64,000 nt of DNA from Bigelowiella natans CCMP2755 (lineage: Eukaryota; Protista; Cercozoa). This document shows positions 1-14,700 of this stretch, in pieces. Positions within the stretch are counted from its first letter, which is position 1. Each line of letters starts with the position of its first letter. A model generated the notes under the pieces. The model did not search any database. It had not been told where the DNA came from and saw nothing but the letters and a program-made list of their open reading frames with translations. The stretch spans positions 13,464-77,463 of the forward strand of contig ADNK01002368.1 in assembly GCA_000320545.1 (NCBI GenBank), written 5' to 3'. The position numbers were made by a program, and so were the translations under genes.

Positions 1-736
1 TCTAGCTTCCATTGGTCATCGTCAGCCTTGAGAGCATCAACGCACAGCGACAACTGATGATGGCGGCCAGAGGACAAAAACCCTGCAGCACTGCAAGCAG
101 CTGGACAGGAACGATTTGCCCTGTTCGGAGCCAAGGCTTGTGGGATGTGTCACAGGTGCGCGTTTGGTTGGAGAGCGGGCACAAGCAGACGACACACACA
201 TGAACAAACCAACAAGCCATGCACATCCTCCACAACGGTGGGCGCTGTGCAGACCGCAAGTGCAACGGGCAACGCTAGAACGGGCACCGCCCAGAAACAC
301 ACAGTGCCTCCTCCTAGCTCATTGCAAGAGACTGAAGGCGACGACGACAGCACTGACAGTGCGCGGCGACTAGGAACAAAGGCAACACACCAGGGGGCTT
401 CGATGCAAAAGGAGAAGAATTTGGTGCATCACCGCGCATCGCGCGCCGCATCGGCGAGTTCGGATTTTTTTCGTGTTGGTTGCTGTGATGAGTCCTGGCT
501 GGCTTGACTGGTTCGACTTTCAAGCGAGTGAAGGACCTGAACTCTTTGTTGATTTGACTCTGAGTGGCAGAGCTCTTGAGTCAATGGGAAGGCGCAAGCG
601 GCGCGACTTCAAGAATCACCTCCCCAAGCATGATCACCCCGCGAGGGCTTGGTTGGAGTGGAACATTGAGAAAATGTGTTGGATCTCCCAGGGATCTCAT
701 GGTCATCTCTGACCAAAATCTCCAAATTGCAAAAAC
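1..736. repeat. Decayed GC-rich element (probable TE or repeat remnant) with near-total TpA loss
   Basis: Only 4 TpA in 736 bp, all in CTAG (2, 275, 314, 370). No microsatellites. Many overlapping Tyr-free ORFs. Sharp return to normal TA content at 737. Element family not recognisable. Confidence 0.55.
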
Positions 737-1122
737 TACGACACTTTATTATTATTCGTTGTCGCATGAATAAATTTATCTTGATTTTGAACATGCGGCG
801 CAGGCTGTTTCACCAGTTTTAACGGCAACTACGCTGCAACTAGATCTACGCTGATCGCGCGGTGGGGAAAGATGCAACATGTTGTGTTTGTGCAATGTGA
901 TGATGACATGTATGATGATTGAAAATGGTCTTAGCGTAGGTAGCGGGTGGAAGGTAGTCAGTGGCTAGATCATGGAAGTTTAGAGAGATCATTCTTACCA
1001 GATAATATCCGAAGCATCATTCATTCCTAAGTGAACATTTTAAGTGAAAAGAGCAGCTCTTATTCGTTGAATAACCCAGCTACTCTTACAAACCCTTTAC
1101 CTTTATGTTTCTGGGCATATAG

Positions 1123-3717
1123 ATGAGTAGACGGGCAGGATATGCTGCTTCTAATGGGGGCTATAATTCGAATCAACTCACAGGTATTATTCCAGAATAT
1201 GTAGTAAATGCACATATGCATACATACCAGTTGCTCCCATCAAACGAGATAACTCTCCCTTAATATTCAGACTATGCTGATCAAATGAGAAGGAAAAGGG
1301 AAAACGCAGAGAGAATTCGAGAGCAGGTAATAATGAATGAAAGGCATTAGAACTCTCTCGATCAATAGTGTATTTTTAATAGAGGAAAATGCGTCTGGAA
1401 AGAGAGGCAGCTCAAAGAAATGATGGTAAAATTGATAGGGTTCCGTTTATAATTCCTCCAATGCGTCGTCATTGTCATCACCTAAATCGATTTCTTTCTG
1501 GTTCTGTCTGCATATACTATCGTGAAATAAAAATAATAATAATAGGCACATTTGGGGAGCCACCAGCAATACCCTCTCGACAGAGGTGACTAACCAGAAC
1601 AAATGACCACCGTCTTCGTTACATATTTAGTAATAGTAGTAGTAGTAGTAGTGGTACTAGGTGTAACCCACCCAACCAATCACCCACACTTTTGATGTAT
1701 TGATGAATATAACCTCTTCATATTCTACTACTTCTTCGTGTGATCTTGACAGTCGGCGTCAATCTGCAGTACCTCCTGGGTATGATCAACCGTCATCTGC
1801 TGGCTATTCAAACGGTGGTGTCTCTTCAAGGGTATTAGTAAGATTTTGCACGAATTTGAAATTACCATGATACGCCATTATATGTGGATTCCAGCTCGCG
1901 ATATAAGCGAGTCGGTATAGTTATTATTATTATCTGAGATCATGTATGAATATGTTCACTCCTCATGTTGTGCCGTTACCGTTGTCGTCGTTGTTGGTTA
2001 CTGAAAAAAAGGGAGGAGGAGGTTCAGTAGGTCGATCAAGAAGCCAGAGCCGAGGGAGGGGAGGAGGAGGTTACCCGCCTCAACATTCTCATCACCAGCA
2101 GCAGCAGCAGCAAGGAGGAAGCTACCATGAATATGGAAATAATGACTACTCTAGGGGTGGTGCTAACTACAACCACCACCACCAGAATTATCAGCAGCAT
2201 TACTCTTCATCATCCCACCACCACGATTCCAGCAATAATTCTCGGTAGTAGGTGACCATCACCCAATATTCATTGCATTTCATTCAATATTGCAGAAATG
2301 AATCAATAGTAGCAGCAATTCCCATACTGCAGGTAGTAAATGCAGCACTCTTATCGTTATCTGGTGAACATTAGGGTTCAGTCTGCAGATGTCGGTAGAT
2401 CTTCCTCTTCTTCTTCGACGAGAGAACGCCAGCTTATCAAGAGAGTCCAGGTGATCCAAGCTATAATATTATTTATTATCTCTCAGACGACAAGAAGATT
2501 ACGAAGAAGAAGAAGAAGAAGAAGAACAACAACAACAACAACAACAATACACCTGGACTTGTCTTTAACTGCAGCTGCTGCTGTGTGCGAATGATTTGAT
2601 TTGTTTAGAGCTTGGAGGAGCAACTGAGATTATTGAGGCACCAGCAAAAACTATTCATAGCTTTCATGCAGACAGCAAACAAAAAGTTTATTTTTTTAGA
2701 GAATCAATTCGAAGATTTCAAGAGGTAATGGCGCTTTGGATTATTCACACATCCTCTTTCTTTGTTATTTCCATCTTTTGTAAGTTGATAGATACTGCAG
2801 AAGATGTTTGATTGTAGTAGTTGTTGTAGTAGTAACCCCAATCTTCTTCTTCTTCTTCTTCTTCTTCAGAGAGGGAAAGACCGCTCAGAAAGGAGGATCA
2901 GGAGGGATGCAGCAAAGCACCAGTAGTAGTAGTAGTAGTAGTAGTAAGGGGAACAATTCGTATCATTACTCTAAAAATCAGCATCATCATCATCATGATC
3001 GTCACGGTGGTGGTAGCGGTAGTGGTGGAGCTCACAACAGATCAAATAGGGTAATAATAATATCTGTTTGCCAGGACATAGGAGATGTAGCAATACTTGT
3101 AGTAATAGTAGTAGTTATCGCAGACATTTTTGTTCATTACCACCAGTAACAGCAGAACATATACCTCAAATCAGGATTTAACTTCTTCTTCATCATGTTA
3201 GCTAGAGTCCTCCTTATGGTGAATAGCTGTTCTTCTTATTCTGCACGCACACAACAACCATAGGTTACACCGGGGGGTGTAACCTACTCCTCGTCGTCTC
3301 CGAAAGACAGTGCTGCTGCAGACCACCAAAAAGGAGGAGGATACTACGACGATTATAACAACAGCGGTATGATAAATTCAGAATTGAATAATAGTAATAT
3401 GCTGCTGCTCCTACTCTCGTTTTATGATGAGATAGATAGGGATTCATTTCACCTGATAATATGTGAATATTCATTTGAACGTTCGGTGATGATGATGATA
3501 TATGTGATGATATGTCAGCAGCTGGTGGTGGTGATGTCGACGTCCGCAATGGAGGAGGAGGAAGGGGGAGAGGAGGAGATACTGGTTCAGGATATAGATC
3601 AAGCTCGCACCAGCAGCACCAGCAACAAACATCACAACCTTCATCCGCGAGACGGTAGTTCTAGTATTAGTAATCCAATAATACTACGAGAATATCAGTA
3701 CACAAGTCATTTTTTAA

Positions 3718-3791
<74 letters not shown>

Positions 3792-5034
3792 TATACACAT
3801 GCCCACACTTCGGAGAGTGCATGAGTCCAACTCAGTCAGATATGAAAACACATGTGAAAAAATTTAAAGATGAAAATAACTATTATATATATTGGAGATA
3901 GAACAAGATGTTTCAACATTATCAATGACGACGACGATGAGTCACCATAATGAACATATAATATAGACGTGCGGAAGCCCAGGAATATGCAACAAAATAC
4001 GAACAGCAACAGAAGCAGAAGCAACGGCAGGAGAGAGAAAATAGTAGAAACAATATGATGCAGCAGCAGTATCATCAACAGGTGGTCATATGCAAACACA
4101 TCATTAATTTGTCGTCGATTTTACAACTACTTACTACAAGTATTCATACGAACAAAGTAGTTTAAATCGAGTCTTAAAAGCCCCCACTAGTACATCTTCT
4201 CTCCTCTTCTCATTCCTTCCATAACTGTTTCTTGTCCTATCTGTTTGGATTCGTTGTGTTCGCACTGTAACAAGGCGGGAGGGTACGATGATAGTCAATT
4301 TAATGGACAAGGAAAACACGATGACGGGGTAGGATGCATGGCTTGTAGTAGTCGCCGAATGCACTCGATATATCATCATACATCGCCAATTTATGACTAC
4401 GACTCTCTCTGTAAAGGAAAAGAGATCATACCTGATGACAAAATATACCATCAAAGAGTAGTAGGCAGAAAAGAAGTACATCAAATGTTGATGAAATGTC
4501 TGGATTCTTGGGTCTCATCTTCTGCTTCTTGCTATCATCATAATCATAGTCAATATAATTATACATATGTTGTTTGATTCAATCTTGTTTGTTCTATATC
4601 TTCTTTTCTTTTCTTTTTCACTATTATCATGCTGCTACCTAATAGTTACCGGATGCTTTCGCTGAAGAACCTGTTAACCTTGAGCCTTGCCCCAATTGTG
4701 GTATGTATGATGAAACATTAAGATAATAATGATGATAATGAGGAGTATGGCCCTATCATTAGCTACAAGAATGGCTGTTGCTGTTGATTGATTATGTTCA
4801 TAGTCTATATAAAAACTATCATCATTATTCTCGTCATTTTTCCATTCATTCAGGACGAAAGTTTAAACCGGAAGTGTTAGCCCGTCACATCCAAAAGGGT
4901 GTGTGTAAAAAGAAGAAGCGTCGTGCTTTCAAAGTCAAGAGGGTCGAGGAGAAGGTACTTCATTGCAACACTAACTACCACCGACGACAACAACAACATT
5001 AACAGCAGCAGCAGCAGAAACATTCATAGTGTTA

Positions 5035-5065
<31 letters not shown>

Positions 5066-5675
5066 CCTCCCTGCGGGGCTTTTAATCATCATCGTCATCA
5101 TCATCATAATAAAAAATAATGCTTTTCCTGATGGTTGGGATTATTTCTCCTTCCCCTTAGGTGAAGAAAGACGTAACGTCTGAACAAAATTACGAGGCGG
5201 CCAAAGGTGTGTTTGCAAATGCACAGAGAGTGTAAATGCACGATTTGTTGTTCACTTATTGCACAGTAGAGTATAAATAGTAGGTATAAAAATTAGTAGA
5301 ATCTCCCTCAAATATTTTGTTTCTTTTCTCCCATAAAACGTCTTTAAATTTAATCCTCTCAGCAAAAAAGAAAGCAATGCCAAAATGGAAAAGGTTTGCT
5401 TCTTCAAAAAAATCGATTTGTTGATATAAACTTCATTCAATTCACTGTTTTTCATGTAGTACCTTTATCGTCGTTGTTGTCATCATTAACTATGATACTT
5501 TATGAAGCATTGCCCAACGTACTCATCCTTCCTCTAACAGAGATCGTGAAGCATTGAGAGCCGCTTTGAAGCAGGGAAAGATGATTACCCAAGCTCTTAA
5601 AGAGGTGATTTAGATGGTCACAGATTTGTTTGATCAATCTCCACATCTAATCTCTCTCGCTCTCTCACTCTCTCT

Positions 5676-5711
<36 letters not shown>

Positions 5712-5725
5712 ATATAATCATAACT

Positions 5726-5772
<47 letters not shown>

Positions 5773-6271
5773 CAGGGAAGAGATATCAGGGATGTCCCGG
5801 TCGTTCCATCATCTGCAGCACAAGATGACAGGGTTCCGTGTCCTCACTGGTAGGGTAGATGATGATGATGGTGATTAAGTGTGAAATTCGTAATACAAAT
5901 CTAGTACAATTCTATTATGATCTGGATGATTATGCAAATGATGATGATTCATAGTCATTAATTTTATGTAAGTATTAGAATCCAACACCCAATTTGATTT
6001 TTTAACAACGCCTTGTGCTAAGGGTGTTATTTTGCCTTCCTTAAATTGATGATGAACATCGTTTCAATCGTTCAGTGGCCGCAAATTCAATGAAGACGTT
6101 GCAGCTCGACATATCCCGAGGTGCAAGAATATCAGAGCCAAGCCTAAGAGACTTATAGCAAAAAAACATCAATATGGAGGTAGTACCATTTTCCTTGTGG
6201 AATAATTTTCATCATTCCTCACACATTGCACATTGCAATTAGGTGTTGCAAGAAGGGGCAGCAGAAGATAA
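1123..6271 (+). CDS. Zinc finger C2HC (zf-C2HC_2, ZC2HC1-like) protein with a long low-complexity N-terminus, multi-exon
   Basis: Spliced exons give LEPCPNCG|RKFKPEVLARHIQKGVC...KWKRDREALRAALKQGK...DDRVPCPHC|GRKFNEDVAARHIPRCKNIRAKPKRL, i.e. two C2HC fingers. Stop TAA at 6269-6271. Start (MSRRAGY) is tentative. Confidence 0.8.
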
Positions 6272-7353
6272 TCAATATTATGCAAGTCTTACATTAATCA
6301 TTTCAGATGAGAAAAGTAATAGTTGCATACTGACGATCAGCAATACACAATTTCGAATCCCTTGTTACGGTTAACTTTTGTGTCAGAGTGTGAGTGGGTG
6401 AGTGCATTATGATTATGACAAATTGTCGATCTTATTGTATAACAAAATAAATCGTATACATTTCATGAGGAAGTTTCAATATATTTTGTTCACTTCTCAA
6501 CCATTTCTATGAGGAATCATACCTCCATGGAGTAACTGATATGATCTAATATCCATCATGTTACTTCGTATTTGATGTAGTAACATTCATATTAAACTCA
6601 TAAAATCTAGCTACCATGCTAAAGCTTTCAGTGAATAATACCAACTCAATTGACCAAATATAAAGAGATATGCATGGGCCACTACTGACGAATTGTACAT
6701 ATGACAAATTTACATATGTTGCGAGCATTATACCACCACGAAAGGCATAGCTTGCGGAAGTGAACAAATACAATTTAGGCGCTACACGCATATAATAGAC
6801 ATTGTAGCCGCAGCTTTGCACAACTATACTAATTATTAGGATGTCAATTGAAGAAAAATCATTTCATTATCCGTCTCATATATATGATAAAACATTGTGC
6901 ATTGCGCGCACATACAATTGTTATATTGTAGAATCGAAACTGCTTAAATAATTTCAGCGCTGTAATCGCAGCTTTGCACAGCTACATTAGGATGCATTTC
7001 TGGCGATCTTGTTTATATACGCCCCGTGCAAAGATTCGCTGAATGCCCGTTGAGAATCTGGGAATGCTAATATTAATTGTCGCGCATAGCATGTTGTGTT
7101 TATTGCGGTATGATATATACAACAAATGTCACACCTAGCTAGCTAGTTAGATGCAATCACAACGTGAATTGCTGCGCACGCACACGTCGTCTCACAGCAT
7201 GTCGGGCATCTACATACGTGCGTACATCTAATTTTTCTAGCTATACGTATCGTATAGCTTGCCGCATTGCTTCGGGACATTAGCTTCATGATTGTGAAAC
7301 TTGCTAATGCTGTGATCCTAGCGATTTGGAATGCGCTCCAGGCTCCTTGAGTC

Positions 7354-8491
7354 TCAAAACTCAAGCTTGATCCCACCTTTTTTACCCCCGGATTTCTCGG
7401 CATCTTTCGACAGCTGAGCAAGCTTTTCCTTATAGGCCTGATCCTCCTCCACTGTTGTGTTAACGAGAACATGGAAGAAACATGAATGCATTGCCATGAA
7501 TGCATCGAGATGAATGTAGTAGTGCTAGGGTAGTGGTAGTAGTAGTAGTAGTAGCAGCAGCAGCAGAAGAAGAAAATAGGATACTTGCAGCTCTCCCACC
7601 CCCCGTACCTGTTGGTCCGGTTGTAGCATCAGAGCTGGTTTTCTGTGCTTCTTTCTTTTGATTCTATTTCACACATAAAAAGAAAACAAAGAAAACAACA
7701 CCAAACCCCCATTGCGATGATAAGGACACAGCAAGTTCAAACAGAATAAGTGGTAAAGAACCTCCTCCTCCTTTTTTTTCTTGGCTTCAGCTGCCTTATC
7801 CGCATTTGTCCAGATCTTTAGAGCTTTCTCAGGAGCAGCGGGACGAGGTCTTGAAGCCACGCTGATGGCAATCCCATTCCTACGAACCAAGTTTTTCAGC
7901 GGTTAGATGTCCAACCAAACAATTCACGATGTAATAATCTGGAAACATTATCTTGAGAGAGACTATGTGAAATGATCTTAATACGTCCGTTGTTTTCCAA
8001 GGAATCATTTATGTCGTTACTACTGCTGCTGCTTCTTCTTCTTCTTCTTCTACTACTACTACTAACACTACTACTACTGTAATTTACTCGGTTGCTCTCT
8101 TTCCTCCTCGTTGTGGCCTCTTGAATCGTGCTCTCCTAAATATTGCATAAACAATAAGACAGATGAATAGCTCAGAGAAGGAGGTGGTAATAGGAGAGAT
8201 GATATTGACTCATATGAGTCGAAGGAAATCTTTATTGTTGCTGTTGTCTTATTATTAACTACTGCCAGAAGCAGAAACAATACATATATAATCGTTTGCC
8301 TCTAATACTCTAATGCAAAAGTAGTAGTGCGTGCAGTAGTACTAGCAAATGACAGACAATGGTACAACTACTACTACCCACCCCTTAGCCGTAGATTTTT
8401 TCTCGGAAGGTTTTGATTTGACGGAAGTGGCAAGGTCGCAGAAGATCAAAGTTCCTTCACTTCGGACGCCAAGTGCTTGCTGTAACCTAAT

Positions 8492-8533
<42 letters not shown>

Positions 8534-8619
8534 AGGCTAGAATTTTTGTCCTATCTTTGAAGCAGATGATGACATATTGGACAACGATATTGACAGCAAT
8601 GGAGCTCTTCTAACAGTTA

Positions 8620-8656
<37 letters not shown>

Positions 8657-9889
8657 CCATCATAGTATTACCAGTCACGCACAGCGGCTACTACTTACTA
8701 CTACCTACCTACCTCCACCTTTACCTTTGTCAAACGCGAGACGATAATCTCCCTGATATTCCATGCCATGGCATAATTGCGACAGACGTACCAGAAAGAG
8801 AGAAATAATTATACACAATAATTCGTAAACAGCTGGAGGTTGGCTGATATGTGTATCATCAGCAAGGTGTTCTTTATTTCAAGAGGGGAATAATGGATTT
8901 AGAGGTAGATAATATCACTAAGACGACATAGAGCATCAGCAGCAGCATTATAGGCTAAATTAAGAAATAGTAGTAGTAGTAAGTAGTAAGAGTAGTATTA
9001 GTAGTAGTAGTAGGAGTGGCAGCCGTAGCCGAAGTAGTAACAAGAGGGAGCCGCACTCACACAGCAGCAGCCATAAACAACAGGTTTCAGGTACTACTAC
9101 TACTACCTTCTTCTGTGGAGACGGTCATGATCTCTTTCAAACTGATGGACGAAAACCATCTGATTCTTCTTCTTGTCAAATACCTACAAGATCAAGAAGA
9201 AGAAGAAGAAGAAGCATGTCTCATCATCATCATCATCGATCAAAACAACAAATTGGTAATAATACGTATTGATGATGATAGATCTTCGACATTACTCTAG
9301 TACCTCTGGCTTGGGGATTTTCTGGATCACCAGGGAATCACCGTCGCGAAATTTGCGGAAACTCTTCAGTCCACGATTGAGCTATTTTATTATTTAAAAT
9401 CATCTTCACCGTGATTGTTACTATCTAGCTACCATGATTTGTTATCATTTATTAGTGAGGGTCATCATCATCATCATTTTCAACCAACCACCAAAGAAAA
9501 GCAGTTGTTTGGTTAGAAGTACATACTGCGCAAGTGCTCTGAAAGATGGCTCCTGGGCCTCCCTGCAATAAAGTTAGTAGTAGTAGTAGTAGTAGTAGTA
9601 GTAGCAGCAGTGATGATTGATGAGTGTGTACCAAGGATCTGGTAGTGGTGGAAGTAGTAGTAGTCGTAGAAGTATAAACAGATGTCACAAAAGTACAAGA
9701 ATAATAGCAAAGCCGCAAATCAAGTAGGTAGCCTTATTGCCAATGATTGTCACGTTGTTCCCCACATCATCATTATCATCATAATTATCATTATCATGAT
9801 CATCATCACCTTGAGCTTTTCACGGATACGCATATGCTTGAGCTCGTACCTGGAACCAGGAATAGCAGCAGATATTGTAGGTATAGTTT

Positions 9890-9923
<34 letters not shown>

Positions 9924-10027
9924 TATAGTAGTAAGCGGAAGCACAAAACAAAATGATGCACTGTTGAGAATACACATTATCTAAATATACTGCTCGAAAT
10001 AGCTCTCATTATTCTCTTGAACAACAT

Positions 10028-10079
<52 letters not shown>

Positions 10080-10754
10080 GTATCGACGATGCTGTTTTCC
10101 ATTTTGACGAAATTCCACCGAAAATATTGAGTTTTATCATTTCAGTTCATAATTCAATGATGGGACGTCATGATAACAAAATGCTACGATCGTACTTGTT
10201 TCCTCCTTTTCCATTCGGCTTTGCATCGTTGAGATATCTGCAATTAGGAAGTAAGGTAATAGTTATCTATTTGTAGCAGGCAGCAGTTAATTTTGAGGTG
10301 AATTGATTGATTGATAATAGTCTCTCCTCTCCATCTTGATCTTCATCTTTGTTCCCACCATAGCATCAGCATCATCATCATTAGCATCAACACTATTATC
10401 ACCAACTAACATCTCTACCTGAGCAAATCCTGAAATAGGTCCTGAACCTTCTGGGTTTCTAGCACAGGAACTTTGAACAAGTACGCCATCTTACCGTCAA
10501 CCTAATCAAAATAACAAAAATAACAATTATGAGAATGAGAATACACGACGAGATGATAGATAGATAGATAGATGGATATATTGTAGTACTAGTAGCAATA
10601 GTCATATCGAGCAGCAAACAAGGGGGGGGGATCAAAAAGGAGGAAATGAAATAGTTGCGTCAGCCATGATGCGGTATTCTTAGTTTATCTTCGATGTAAG
10701 CGAGAAAAGGAGGAAGAACCCGCAAGTAGCCGTAGTATTACCATTACTGTGGTG

Positions 10755-10786
<32 letters not shown>

Positions 10787-11014
10787 AATTCTTATTATTA
10801 TTCTCTAGTTATCATTATTACATCGGGGTCGTAATAGTAGAACTTAAGGTTGGACTCCCCTTTCCTCAAAGGCCTCCCCTTCTCCACATACACGTACTGT
10901 GACGACATGAACTTGAGGTCTTCAAGTGTTTGGTCCTCGTCCTAGTCATTAGGAGGAGGAGGAGGAGGATTGCCTCATCATAATATGCCAAACCAAACGA
11001 TAACCCTTCTTCTT

Positions 11015-11045
<31 letters not shown>

Positions 11046-11124
11046 AATTTACAACCGCATCATCCTTGTTTCTCATTTTCCTCATAATCCTCCTTCTCTT
11101 GATGATCATCATCACCAGCCATTA

Positions 11125-11157
<33 letters not shown>

Positions 11158-11246
11158 CTTGAATTGTTCTGCCTTCGCGTTCCTTTTCAGCCTGAAATCA
11201 TCCACATGCTCGAGGCCGAGGATTGGTAACCTGGAAAACATGAAAA

Positions 11247-11291
<45 letters not shown>

Positions 11292-11740
11292 CCAAAATGG
11301 AAGATCATTATCGTACTAGTCGAATTTCTCCGTTGTTGTGTCCTCTCCCTCCTCCTCCTCCTTCTCAGTTCTTCGGTCCCCAAAGGAGAGGGTAAGACTT
11401 TCTAGACATTATGATGTTCAATTGTCCAGGTGCATGTAATAATGGTGGTGGTGATGATGATGATCACGGTAATAAATAACAGTTCTTTGTGTGCTGCTGC
11501 TGCTGCTGCTGCAATGATGCCGTTCTTCTTCTTCATTCGTAGTATAGCACATACATAGCTTGTTTGAGTTGCTTTAGGGTTTTATTCTTTGAAACCGTGA
11601 CGATAGGATTGCTGTTATCGTCCTCTCCTTCCTACTTTGTCATCATCGTCATCACAATCACATAGTAATAGTAGATGTGTCCATAGGTAGTTGTCTGTCA
11701 TATATCCCCTCTTGTTCTTGTTCTTGTTCTCATTCACGGC

Positions 11741-11784
<44 letters not shown>

Positions 11785-14700
11785 GTTTGACCTTCTCAGT
11801 CTTCTTGACGAGATTAAACTCTACGCTGATCTGCCCGACTGTCTTATCATACCTAATGAGATATGTAATGATGACGATGATGATGACGACGACGACAGTA
11901 TAGAGAAGGGCCGAAGAAGAAAGAGAAGGAGAAGGAGAAGGAGAAGGAAAGAGAAAATAAATAAAAGGACAATGTTGCTAGGCTCTTCTTTATATGCCGG
12001 TAGTAGTGGTAGTAGTAGTAGTAGTAGTAGTAGTAGTTGTAGTTGTAGGTCCATTATTACTCTTGGATGAGTTTGGATGGTTCCCCTTCCACGATTCTTT
12101 CAGCGTAGAGCAAACAGCCTGAAAGAAGAGGAAGAAGAAACTCAATGGATACGTGGAAAAGAACAAGCTTCACCAATTTTCACCATCATTTTCCATGCAG
12201 TTGTCGTGTTTATTGTTATCATCGTTGTTGTCGTCCGTCATCATCGATGCTCGAGAAGTACGTTGTCCAGGGAGATAAGGTGGTATTATTATATAGCATC
12301 AAGACACAACTAGTATGTACCAGGGGGAACATTCAGGGTTTGGATGGAGGGTTCCGTGCCACGATCCTTGAGGGTCTTAGCGCTGTCGTTGATGATCTCG
12401 GACTTTGTAGTATCTAGCTTAATCAGCCTCACCGAGGACCTACCACCGTTCTCCACTTTCAGCACCTTCTCACAACAACAACAACAACAACAAGAAGAAG
12501 AAGAAGAGGAGGAAGAAGAAGAGGAACAAAGACAAACCCAACAATTGCATTAATAACATGGCACTGCACATCATTCATTGCGCCACACTTAATACAACAT
12601 TGCCTCTGTTTTTGTTCAGAGATAGGAATATGAAGCCCATCTTAGACGCTAACATTGGATATGGTTCCTCAGCTTTAAACATGGATAATTGATTTTTGGG
12701 CAATAAGCATTTTTCTCATTCCACCATCTCCCTGCTTAAGAGGAAGATGCATGCGAAATCAAATAATTACCTTCTCGATCTCCTTGCACACCTCGTCGAA
12801 TGCAGCTGTTTTGTCAACCTATATATGTAGAAAAATACAGAGAAAAAAGAAGAAGAAGAAGTAGAAGATAATCATCATCATATCGTAATGGATAAACAGC
12901 AAAGAAAACATGTAGTACACTTTGAAGGGATTCATCAATACATAACCATAAGAATATATCCGAATTATATTGTAGCGTCCATCGTCATCGACATTATCAT
13001 TATCATCTCGCAAACACACCATGAGCGTTGAGACTTTAAGGCCCTTTGTGTCGGAATAGTGGAGTTGCTGCAAGATCAGCGGTATGTTTTCCTCGGTAGC
13101 AAAAATGGTGCGCAGTGGAACAGCATTGGGATTGATTACTGGCCAATCTTCCCCTATTGTGTTATATTATTTTTTTTTTTTTTTTTGCTGCAAACAATAC
13201 ATTTTCTTACAATATAGCTAAATTGTAGCCAAAAAAAAGAAAGAGATATTACGATGAATGCGTTCCATCAGTATGCCATATAATCAAAGCTACCTTTGTT
13301 CCTCGTCTCCAGTATCAAGGACATGTTGCGATGAAACTTTAACTCTTCAAGAGTTGCCTTTTTCATGGTAGTAGTAGGTGTGTGTGCTACTGCTGGTACG
13401 TGGCTAGTTGTAATTACTTTTGTGTGTATAACATACATAATTATACTAATATACCTCTTCTTCTTCTTCTTCTTCTTCTTCTTCTTTCTTCTTCTTCTAC
13501 CTTTGGATCGAGATCATCCTGTGCCCATCCCATTGCTGGGTCGTATCGTCGTAAGCGTGTGTCTTGCGGCTCAAACTTGGAGTCAATGGCGGCCTTCTTC
13601 AGAACTGCAGAGAGCACCTCCGCAACGGTAACCCCTTAGAAACAAAAGAATGGGATATTAAACCGACATCTGAAAGGTTGACGGCAGGATGGTTGTTGGT
13701 GGTAATAATTGCAAAATGAGTGTGGTGCAACACCTTTGTCCATGTCCTGTTTGATCTCAGTGTTGTCATAGTAAACTGTCATGCAAATGAGTCTACGAAG
13801 CCGCTCGTATTCGGCACGCTCTTTCTCCCATTCCTCATCCTAGGAGGAGGAAGGTGGGAGACAGGAAAAGAGGTTAGTACGTGGCATACGTTCGTCGTTA
13901 TATATGATATTAGTGTGGAACATAGTGGTCTACCACCCACCTCCGCTTGGACAACTTTAAGCAGCTCATCTGGAATCATCTTGTCGGTTGCATCGTCCTT
14001 TGGAATCTTGGAACGGTCAATGTACATCAACAGATATGCGCTTGTTCCCTGACATATAAGAAGAAAAAGAACAACAACAACGAAAAGAAGAAGAAGAAGA
14101 AGAAGAAGAAGAAGAAAGGGGCATCAGTTAGGATGGTGGTAAGAATAATAACGATGACAGTGCCTCACAAGAAAAATAGTCTCAAAATAGTCTCTCTCCT
14201 CCTCCCCCCCCTTCCCCAAAACCCCAAAACTTCATTTTTGATCATTTACCTTTCCATTGCCGTGTGCCAGCGCAAGGACATCCTCCCCTGAGATGATACA
14301 CGTCGTGGATATATTAACTAGATCAGTAATGCTTTTGTCTGCTTTTGGCAAACAATATTTGGAAGAGGAAGAAAATGTAGAAGAAGAAGAAGAAGAAGGG
14401 AGATCGTGGAGCTACAAAGGAGCTATATCGCTGTCTCCTCTTGTTACTGAAGACAATAATAGCAACACCTTCCTTGGCCTCAAGCGGTGAGACCACTGCG
14501 TCATTGAAACGGTACCTGTATGGCGAATAAAAAATGCACAGAAAAGAATAATTGATGGTTTTGGTGGTGTAAAAGCCTATTGGTTGTGGAGAGAAAAATA
14601 CAGGAAAAAATGGAGTCAAGCAATTTGGCTTTAGTTCAATACCATTACTCTACAAAGATTCCATAAATCCTAACACTATCATCATCGTCATCAACATCTT

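Noticed and set aside
271-282. 12-mer aacgctagaacg shared with 60231-60242
   Set aside because: Too short, and both regions have the same skewed composition; likely chance.
2-773. Dense overlapping ORFs in all six frames
   Set aside because: Explained by loss of TAA/TAG stop codons through TpA depletion; not evidence of overlapping genes.
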